64,000 bases of DNA. Origin: a virus. The notes beneath the pieces were generated by a model that searched no databases, had not been told where the DNA came from, and was given only the letters and a program-made list of their open reading frames with translations. Position numbers and translations under genes: made by a program. Where the stretch lies: positions 76,479 to 140,478 of the IMG/VR virus record IMGVR_UViG_3300027902_000006. One strand, given 5' to 3'. Positions 1-6,581 of this stretch are shown piece by piece. Within the stretch, counting starts at the first letter, position 1. Each line of letters starts with the position of its first letter.

Positions 1-57
1 GACAGCCAATCTACGACGTTTTGCACGAATGTCTTCTTTCATATCACCTCCAAGAGT

Positions 58-131
58 TGGTAGGAGACCCTAGAATCGAACTAGGATGTCAAGGACCAAA
101 GCCTTGTGTTCTACCATTGAACTAGTCCCCC
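58..131 (-). tRNA. tRNA-Gln(TTG)
   Basis: Cloverleaf GGGGGAC..GTCTCCT-A-CCA, D arm GTTC/GAAC, anticodon arm CAAGG-CTTTGGT-CCTTG, T loop TTCGATT. Confidence 0.9.
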
Positions 132-173
132 TTCTATCCTATATTCCTGATACTCGTGTATTATAGCCCCACG

Positions 174-323
174 AGCAGGGATTCTTGTCGTGAGCCTACT
201 CGGGCCTGTCATGCTCATCACCGCTTGCGAACCGGCTCCAGGGCACTACTCCTGGTGGAGCATCCAACCCAGCCTGTTTCAGCCCTCTGTCCGCCACCAG
301 CCCTCACGACGTAGTTTCCCGCC
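174..323 (-). ncRNA. candidate structured non-coding RNA (unassigned)
   Basis: Nested complementary segments 187-194/303-310, 211-216/258-263, 238-242/251-255 and an outer stem 174-181/317-323, in a GC-rich stretch among tRNAs. Confidence 0.35.
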
Positions 324-766
324 AGCAATCGGGTCAGATTTATTGTACTGCTGGTTTAACTTTTTCAATTCGTTCAAAATAAGTTCCAGAATATCATCGG
401 GCTGTCCGTCCTTCCACTGAGCAGCCCCATAGGCTATCGTTGTGCACCTGCCTCGTTTAATCATTGTTTAAATCCTTTCTCACACTTATAGCAAGGGCAT
501 CCACCTTTTGATAAACATATATTTTTACAAGGACAATTCTTAGGGCATGATTCCTTGTTGGGTCGTTCACATCTTTTAGCTTCGGTCACTGTCGTTCTTT
601 CCTTATCATATAAAAGGTTCTGTCTTTTTTCATTTAATAAAAAATCTCCCAAACCCCCAACCAAGAACAAACGCTCCAATTAACATTATTAATTCTCGTG
701 CCATCGAGCTACCTCCCAATAATATCTTTTTCTTTTGAGTCTGTCCGTCTTTTGATATAACAATAT

Positions 767-869
767 CCGGGGATGGGCCTCGCGAGGTTTATGGTGTTCT
801 CATTAGATTTGAGAACTTTGCTAGCATCCGAGATGGTGCTGTTCATATTTTATTATAGTCCATCCCCGG
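767..869 (-). ncRNA. candidate four-way-junction small RNA
   Basis: 10-bp closing stem 767-776/860-869 enclosing three hairpins. Confidence 0.35.
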
Positions 870-885
870 TTTTTTTTGTACTCAG

Positions 886-960
886 TGGAGCGGGATGTAG
901 GATTCGAACCTACATTCCCGACCGGGCAGGTCGGGTCCTACCAACTTAAATGAATCCCGC
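886..960 (-). tRNA. tRNA-Gly(GCC), atypical
   Basis: GCGGGAT/ATCCCGC-T-CCA acceptor, CCGAC-CTGCCCG-GTCGG anticodon arm, GTAGG-TTCGAAT-CCTAC T arm; weak D stem. Confidence 0.8.
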
Positions 961-1036
961 TGGGGTCCACGGTGGGGCTCGAACCCACAACTCAGAGTTT
1001 TAGAGGCTCCTGCTCTACCTATTGAGCTACGCGGAC
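961..1036 (-). tRNA. amber-suppressor tRNA (anticodon CTA)
   Basis: GTCCGCG/CGTGGAC-C-CCA, D arm GCTC/GAGC, anticodon arm GGAGC-CTCTAAA-ACTCT placing CTA at 34-36, T arm GTGGG-TTCGAGC-CCCAC. Confidence 0.8.
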
Positions 1037-1335
1037 ATTGCAAGTTTAAGAGAACGAAAGACCCTCTCGTTATCTGTGACAGTGGCGAGTGCCGTAACCT
1101 CATTACCTATATCAGATTCCTTGAATGTCACAAAAGGGACGCCAAGGAACTCCAACTCCACACTCCAACGATAGAGCCGCTCTTCGTCTGGTACTCCAAG
1201 ATAAACAAGAGTACCATTTGGCCAAGAACTTTTAGGTCCGCGAAGAAGATACTCAGCCACGGCATGTCCAGCTTGGACGGCCTGTTGAGCAACGGATAAA
1301 TCTTCGCGGACCAAGACATAGAGTTTCTCATCCAT
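1027..1335 (-). CDS. peptidyl-tRNA hydrolase 2 (Pth2)-like protein
   Basis: KLYVLVREDLS..QQAVQAGHA and FKESDIGNEVTALA patterns; start taken at MDEKLY. Confidence 0.7.
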   Translation of the reverse strand: MDEKLYVLVREDLSVAQQAVQAGHAVAEYLLRGPKSSWPNGTLVYLGVPDEERLYRWSVELEFLGVPFVTFKESDIGNEVTALATVTDNERVFRSLKLAMSA

Positions 1336-1753
1336 TAGACGCCTCCCGAGGAGGATGTAAACGAAGCCATTCCTCATTCGCTTCATCTACTCTTCTTCGG
1401 AGGGCGTCTTTTAGTGGATCAATTATGTGCCAGTTGGGTTTATTGAATTCACCGGGTTTTTCGATTTGCTCGTAAGAACGACCTCGCACAAGACAATAAG
1501 CAATGTGCTCATGTCTGTACTTTCTCGCTGCTACATAGATTTTCCAGTTAGCGCCGCGATCTTCTTTACGAGTTGTCTTTAGAGTTCGGATACTTCTTGC
1601 CATGTCCTTCAATTGTTCTTTCTTTTCAGTCATCGGATGCACTGTGAATCTCCTTGAATTTTTTTTTTGTATACTACAAGTTGGAGAAGTGCACTTCAAG
1701 GAGGTCCACGGATCTACGGTGGGATTTGTATCTACGTCATTTGAACCTCCCAT
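1328..1753 (-). CDS. hypothetical protein (probable start near 1633, MTEKK)
   Basis: ORF in the gene run; RHEHIAYCLVRGR..EQIE segment. Confidence 0.55.
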   Translation of the reverse strand: MGGSNDVDTNPTVDPWTSLKCTSPTCSIQKKNSRRFTVHPMTEKKEQLKDMARSIRTLKTTRKEDRGANWKIYVAARKYRHEHIAYCLVRGRSYEQIEKPGEFNKPNWHIIDPLKDALRRRVDEANEEWLRLHPPREASNG

Positions 1754-2100
1754 CTTCCAAGATGGTCTTTGACCTCGAATTTTAGATTTTCGGGTTTCAT
1801 GGCTCGCTCAACCGATTGAGCTATTGTCTCTCCAGTAGAGATTTCCGAGACTTTTATTTTAAGCCATACTTGAAATCTCTGACTTGATATCAAATGACGA
1901 AAGGCGATCTGCTTGTTCCGATGTTGGGATTTTTCCGACCTACTTTCACCGACAGCACCGGAGACGGGGTGCGTTATACGAACGGCTGTCTCTACTCTAT
2001 TCTGATGTTGTCCTCCAGGACCACCGGCGGTGAATGTCTGGACTTTAAAATCCTTTTTGGTCAGAGTAAAAAGACGCTCTCGCATAGACTTTTCCTCCAA
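1732..2100 (-). CDS. GGQ-motif peptide chain release factor domain protein (ArfB/RF-like)
   Basis: FTAGGPGGQHQNRVETAVRITH..SQHRNK; stand-alone catalytic domain without a codon-recognition domain. Confidence 0.85.
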   Translation of the reverse strand: MEEKSMRERLFTLTKKDFKVQTFTAGGPGGQHQNRVETAVRITHPVSGAVGESRSEKSQHRNKQIAFRHLISSQRFQVWLKIKVSEISTGETIAQSVERAMKPENLKFEVKDHLGRWEVQMT

Positions 2101-2101
2101 A

Positions 2102-2176
2102 TGGAGCGGATGACAGGAGTCGAACCTGCAACAATCAGCTTGGAAGGCTGACGTTCTACCATTGAACTACATCCGC
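2102..2176 (-). tRNA. tRNA-Gly(TCC)
   Basis: GCGGATG/CATCCGC-T-CCA, TCAGC-CTTCCAA-GCTGA, TTCGA T loop. Confidence 0.95.
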
Positions 2177-2342
2177 ACATAGTTAGAGTTCCTCAAATAT
2201 TCCTAACATTTCGGCGGCAATTAGAAAGAGAGCCGCAATGACAAGCTCTATAGGTAGGAATATGAAACCGACGATCCTAACACCGCTCTTTATAAAACTC
2301 ATTTTGGTATGCCAATCGAGATACATTAACTCTCCTTTGTAG

Positions 2343-2417
2343 TGGTCGGAGTGGGGCATTTCGAAAGCCCGCCCTCTGCGTCCCAAACGCAGCGCTCTAC
2401 CTCTGAGCTACACTCCG
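2343..2417 (-). tRNA. tRNA-Pro(TGG)
   Basis: CGGAGTG/CACTCCG-A-CCA, CTGCG-TTTGGGA-CGCAG. Confidence 0.93.
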
Positions 2418-2418
2418 A

Positions 2419-2727
2419 CTAATCTGGAAGAGGCGATACGGAACTAACATCAACTAGTTTCTTACTCTTCTTAGTCATAACCTTAGCCTTAGTTGGAACA
2501 GGCGGCATCTGAAAAACTCGCGTGTCTCCACTAGAGATACGATCTTCAATTAACTGCATTACATACAAAGCTTCTTCTGGAGTATCGTACTCTCCTACTG
2601 GCCACGACAGCTTCTCTCGACTCATCGAGGGTGCGTTTGAACAACATCTGATACTTGTCTCATTATCAATGAAGACTTCAATAGCCTTGACAATGAGCGT
2701 TCCTTCTTGACTTTTCAGAACGATCAT
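2419..2727 (-). CDS. hypothetical protein
   Basis: ORF with AAGGAG Shine-Dalgarno. Confidence 0.6.
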   Translation of the reverse strand: MIVLKSQEGTLIVKAIEVFIDNETSIRCCSNAPSMSREKLSWPVGEYDTPEEALYVMQLIEDRISSGDTRVFQMPPVPTKAKVMTKKSKKLVDVSSVSPLPD

Positions 2728-2839
2728 ACGTTCTCTCCTTTACATGATAGGTAGTTTTATAATAGAAGTCAACCATTCACATACCAAGCCGATAGTCATC
2801 ACACTCAATAGTACCACTATCCAAACTACAACTATAATT

Positions 2840-3241
2840 TTAAGATCTCTCAATTTTTTTCACCAGTTCAAAGAACACGTTTGCATCCAGAACGACTATT
2901 TCTTCTGTTCTTTCTGCCTTAGTTCTTCCTGTACTTTTTATTACTAATAACCAGTCCGTGTCTGGATAACAGTTAGTCTTAGCTTGTTCGACCCACTTAC
3001 GAATACTCCATTGCTTTTGATTCTTACACTCGATCGTGAATGGTAGGAGGGTCCTGACATTAGGACTCATAATAACATCAGGTCCCGACTGACCCATCTG
3101 ACGTGAGCGAATCTCGTGGTCATCCGTATTGCCCCACTCAATTCCAGTTACCTCTGAAACTTGTTGACACGCCCACGCCTGTAAGGACCTTCCCTTTGCC
3201 TTACGACTCGCTACCGTGATTGGCTTCTTCTTATCTGACAT
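2840..3241 (-). CDS. PD-(D/E)XK nuclease, probable Holliday junction resolvase
   Basis: SRKAKGRSLQ...GPDV...IECKNQ; start taken at MSDKKK. Confidence 0.75.
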   Translation of the reverse strand: MSDKKKPITVASRKAKGRSLQAWACQQVSEVTGIEWGNTDDHEIRSRQMGQSGPDVIMSPNVRTLLPFTIECKNQKQWSIRKWVEQAKTNCYPDTDWLLVIKSTGRTKAERTEEIVVLDANVFFELVKKIERS

Positions 3242-3280
3242 ATATTTATTGTATCCATTCCAAGACAAAACTTCAATAAT

Positions 3281-3330
3281 ATTAATCTGACTCCTTCCGA
3301 TACGGAGACGCCAGAAGGAGCCAGATTAAT
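3281..3330 (-). other. long intergenic RNA hairpin (about 19 bp)
   Basis: ATTAATCTGGCTCCTTCTG...CGGAAGGAGTCAGATTAAT; pairs best on the minus strand through G-U wobbles. Confidence 0.6.
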
Positions 3331-3331
3331 A

Positions 3332-3865
3332 TCATTTCAACGCATCGAAGTCATTGTGAAATTTAGGCATCTCGGTAATGGGTAGATAATCGCGTATAAA
3401 TGGAACTACGAAGATTTGGCCCCCATGAAGTACGATTTTAAAATCACACGAATCTCGATCAAGAGTAGGAGTAGTAATGAGTAAACAATTCGACCTAGGC
3501 TGGTAACAATTACGACGCATTATAAAAACTTTATGTCCGTTCAGTCGAAACTGCCTACCTCCTAGATGAGTGAGTTGCCCATCAAATCGGTTGAATAGAT
3601 AACGCAAAAGTGTTTCGATTTCAGGGATGAATTTGACATTTCCCCAAGGACGAATAGGTTGTTTTAAATGAGCCGGTTTCTTTTTCCCCAACCTATTAAG
3701 GAGTTGATGAACATTCTGACGGGAAGTACCGATCTTCCTAGCAATAGCTGAACATGTAATTTTAGAATCAGTTTCAAATTCCATCAACATGTCCGCAGCA
3801 ATCTTACCATGGTTATCCCTAAACCTTTCTACTAACTCTTCTTCACTCTTCTTCCTAGCGCCCAT
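3332..3865 (-). CDS. HTH DNA-binding protein
   Basis: SAIARKIGTSRQNVHQLL helix-turn-helix. Confidence 0.6.
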   Translation of the reverse strand: MGARKKSEEELVERFRDNHGKIAADMLMEFETDSKITCSAIARKIGTSRQNVHQLLNRLGKKKPAHLKQPIRPWGNVKFIPEIETLLRYLFNRFDGQLTHLGGRQFRLNGHKVFIMRRNCYQPRSNCLLITTPTLDRDSCDFKIVLHGGQIFVVPFIRDYLPITEMPKFHNDFDALK

Positions 3866-4400
3866 GTGGAATCTCCTTAAGTGAGTTAATTCTGATAACT
3901 CGGTGATGGATAGGACGACCCAAGTTCCAACTTCGGTTGAGAAGATAACACACTAGTCCACTCTCTGCTACTTCATTAGCTGTCCGCAGTCGATCCTCCA
4001 CTATTCCGTCAAGTTGAAGTTCATGAAGTAGTTTGACTTTGTCCTTACTCCGCGCCTGTAGAATCGTAAACTTTAATTTAGGAAAGTTATATATAAGCCA
4101 ATCGTGAGTAGCAGCAATCAAGTCAGTGCGCCTAGCAGTAATAAAAAGTACAGGAGAGAACTTATAAATCTCCGACGCTCCTTCGTAGGGTTCTATCCCC
4201 ATCCAGTGTTGATCAATAATACTGAAAAAGTAATCCAAGAAGGGTTCAAAATATCCGGGTTGACAAATCTGTTCAAAGAAATCGTGTCTACTAATTCCTA
4301 TATCGTCGATATCTACGTGCCAGTCTCTCCACATATGTTGTCTTAGAGGAGTAGTAACATCTGCTAGAGTTCCATCAATATCGAACGCTAAGTTTTCCAT
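3855..4400 (-). CDS. HAD-family 5'(3')-deoxyribonucleotidase-like phosphatase
   Basis: AFDIDGTLAD motif I, FITAR motif II, VEDR motif, LNRSWN. Confidence 0.8.
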   Translation of the reverse strand: MENLAFDIDGTLADVTTPLRQHMWRDWHVDIDDIGISRHDFFEQICQPGYFEPFLDYFFSIIDQHWMGIEPYEGASEIYKFSPVLFITARRTDLIAATHDWLIYNFPKLKFTILQARSKDKVKLLHELQLDGIVEDRLRTANEVAESGLVCYLLNRSWNLGRPIHHRVIRINSLKEIPHGR

Positions 4401-5070
4401 TTGTTTTTTGTATCTTTCGTATCCAACGATACTTAGGTGGAGTTCTGATCCTCTTTAGTTTCAGTTCCTCTCTACTTTCCGCGAGTGTCTTTCCGTTCCT
4501 CTGGGCATATCTGAACACGAAACGGCGGTGTCTTCGTCCTCCTCGATCATCTTCTAAATGCCATTCTGGATTTGTCATACCGTGTAAGGTAAAACCACAA
4601 GCTTTGTAAACTGTTCCCTCATGACCATACTCAGGATCGGCAAAGGCAACAAGGCAATCGTGTTTATAAACCTTTAAGACCATCTTCGCAGTTAGTGCAA
4701 TAAAGCGTGACAGTGGGTATTGTAGAGGAGGTTCACTTCTACACATTCTCTTTATCTCCAAGACTCTTTCAACTCCTAAGAAACGTGCTTGATATGGATT
4801 TACGCCTATCCCATATACTATAATAGCATAAAGTTCAGAATTTGCGTAGAGTCCATAGCAGATATTTTTTCCAGTCGGCATTCTTTTTGAATAGTGCCAC
4901 GTTTCTACCCACTTTTTTGCTACGTTGTGTTCAATGGGTTTAATAAAGAAATGGAGCGGTGAAGTCGGATTCGCGCCGCTATCTTCCTCTTGGGACAGAG
5001 GGTATGCTGTCTTTGCACCATCACCGCTTATCTCATCCAGTTTTCTCATCACTCGCAACGGTTCCATCAA
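4375..5070 (-). CDS. Mom-like DNA (adenine) modification enzyme, GNAT-like fold; start uncertain
   Basis: WHYS, LEIKRM, AFADPEYGHEGTVYKACGF motifs typical of Mom homologues. Confidence 0.7.
   Translation of the reverse strand: MMEPLRVMRKLDEISGDGAKTAYPLSQEEDSGANPTSPLHFFIKPIEHNVAKKWVETWHYSKRMPTGKNICYGLYANSELYAIIVYGIGVNPYQARFLGVERVLEIKRMCRSEPPLQYPLSRFIALTAKMVLKVYKHDCLVAFADPEYGHEGTVYKACGFTLHGMTNPEWHLEDDRGGRRHRRFVFRYAQRNGKTLAESREELKLKRIRTPPKYRWIRKIQKTNGKLSVRY
4952..5027 (-). other. tRNA-like cloverleaf embedded in the Mom-like CDS
   Basis: GCGGTGA/TCACCGC-T-CCA acceptor, GTGC/GCAT D stem, CCTCT/AGAGG stem with GTCCCA loop, T-like arm CGG-CGCGAAT-CCG. Confidence 0.65.
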
Positions 5071-5089
5071 TGTCGAAGGCTAAATTCAT
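5033..5089 (-). pseudogene. 18-aa remnant duplicating the N-terminus of the HAD phosphatase
   Basis: MNLAFDIDGTVASDEKTG* versus MENLAFDIDGTLAD at 4400; coupled to the upstream stop by TAATG. Confidence 0.65.
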
Positions 5090-5310
5090 TAGTTTGTCGG
5101 CCACAGAATTATGGCGTTTTTAGTTTCTTTGCTGTCCTCCTCTTCGTCTAAAATGTAACCTGAGTAGTCTGACTCAGGTACATAAGTCCCTAGATAAACG
5201 TCATGTGCGGGTGAGTAACTATTCCCCTCAGAATCGGAAGAAAGAATAACGATGTAGTCATCTGGACACTCATCCAAAATCTCCTGAAGTTGTCTTACAG
5301 TAAGCGTCAT
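5089..5310 (-). CDS. hypothetical phage protein
   Basis: MTLTVRQLQEIL..CPDD..VILSSDSEGNSY pattern; GGAG SD. Confidence 0.65.
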   Translation of the reverse strand: MTLTVRQLQEILDECPDDYIVILSSDSEGNSYSPAHDVYLGTYVPESDYSGYILDEEEDSKETKNAIILWPTN

Positions 5311-5373
5311 TTGTAGCTCCTCCCTATTGAGATTGTGTTCTCACCTCCCTCATCAAGAGTGGAATAGTTTATA

Positions 5374-5676
5374 TTATTGAATGGGCTTAGTTTCATCAAC
5401 ACAATCGTTAATGAACAAATCGAGTAAGATAAACGAATTGTAATACTGAAGAACGGCTAAATCTCTGTTGAAGCCTGCAACTTTCGTCATTATGGCAGCG
5501 TTTTCCAAATTGAGATGGCTTTTCCTAGCCTCATCTATTGTGTCTTGGATAGCTCGCCGTTGGGTGGGTACACTCAGTGTGTCGAGTTGACCTAAGATGA
5601 TACTAAGAAGAAGTAGGGGTATGATTATGAAGACAAGAAAGAATCGCGGAAAAGACTCTAGTACCCATTCTTCCAT
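5374..5676 (-). CDS. membrane protein
   Basis: N-terminal hydrophobic helix. Confidence 0.55.
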   Translation of the reverse strand: MEEWVLESFPRFFLVFIIIPLLLLSIILGQLDTLSVPTQRRAIQDTIDEARKSHLNLENAAIMTKVAGFNRDLAVLQYYNSFILLDLFINDCVDETKPIQ

Positions 5677-5688
5677 AAGAGTGTCCTT

Positions 5689-5716
5689 AAAAGGAGTGGG
5701 ACCGAAGTCCCACTCC
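5689..5716 (-). terminator. intrinsic terminator
   Basis: GGAGTGGGAC-TTCG-GTCCCACTCC followed by TTTT, just after the beta-barrel gene. Confidence 0.85.
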
Positions 5717-5725
5717 AGTATGAGA

Positions 5726-6364
5726 TTAGAAGTTAGCGAAGTGGAAATTAACGCGAGCGAGAACAGTATGGTTAAAATTGTCCATCTTCAAATTAGCATT
5801 GTCGATGTTGAAACTAGGAGTAGCATACCGGAAGCGATACGCCAAATCGCCAGAGATATTCTTAGCGAGCATATAACGAATCCCAGGTTCAATAGCGACG
5901 CCAACATTAGTCGAAGTCCTATTGGCAAAGTTGGACCAAACGACAGCGGGGCCAGCCAGAAGATATGGGAACAGCCGACCGTTGGGATAGTCCTTATTGA
6001 CCATCAGAGGATATTTAACGCCTCCCAAGATGGCAAGAGCGTTCTGATTACCAGTACGAAAGCCCGGAGCGGTGTTATTGGGATTAGCCGTATTAAACTG
6101 ATAATCCAATGCTACGAGTGTATACTTTGTCCAGACTGGGAATTTATGAGAAGTTCCCAAGAAGTCATAACCAACTTGAGCGCCTACCATAACTCCAGTA
6201 TTGAAGGTTGGATTGATAGTTCTAAAACCATCAACCGTAGTATTCGACCCAGCCGAAAAGTTTGGGCCTACTTGGAAACCTGCATAGGTTCCAGCCAAGA
6301 CAGGGATTGAAAGAAGACCAACTATCGCCATTGCCAGTGCTACTCTCTTTGCTACTTTCTTCAT
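5726..6364 (-). CDS. outer-membrane beta-barrel protein (OmpA/OmpW/Ail-like 8-stranded type)
   Basis: Signal peptide ending VLA, amphipathic strands (GAQVGYDF, PYLLAG, GIRYML, RVNFHF), C-terminal Phe. Confidence 0.8.
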   Translation of the reverse strand: MKKVAKRVALAMAIVGLLSIPVLAGTYAGFQVGPNFSAGSNTTVDGFRTINPTFNTGVMVGAQVGYDFLGTSHKFPVWTKYTLVALDYQFNTANPNNTAPGFRTGNQNALAILGGVKYPLMVNKDYPNGRLFPYLLAGPAVVWSNFANRTSTNVGVAIEPGIRYMLAKNISGDLAYRFRYATPSFNIDNANLKMDNFNHTVLARVNFHFANF

Positions 6365-6581
6365 ACAATTTCCTCCAAGTTATACTATGATGATACGAAA
6401 ACTACGCCACTCAATGTGAACGCGTTTAGTAAAACCTCCTCTCTTTGTTTGTTAATCCAATTACGAGTATAAATATTATTAACGCAGAAAGAACGCCTAG
6501 AGTACCAAAGAACATCTTGAAGAAGATTTCTAATACTTCCATATTATCTCCTATTTCGTTAAGAACTCAAGTAAAAAAAGA

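Noticed and set aside
174-323. RNase P RNA, tmRNA or group II intron domain V
   Set aside because: Only superficial similarity; the diagnostic consensus sequences and expected length are missing.
150-880. Sigma70 promoters at the TATAAT hexamers near 160 and 855
   Set aside because: No acceptable -35 element at the right spacing, and I could not derive a consistent phage promoter motif by eye.
882-1103. 73-aa minus ORF, and the extended starts of ORFs 2183-2386 and 62048-62344
   Set aside because: They read through tRNA genes; the SSIGRA, GFEP and VRVLP peptides are typical tRNA translation artefacts. Unlike nrdJ, no conserved domain flanks both sides.
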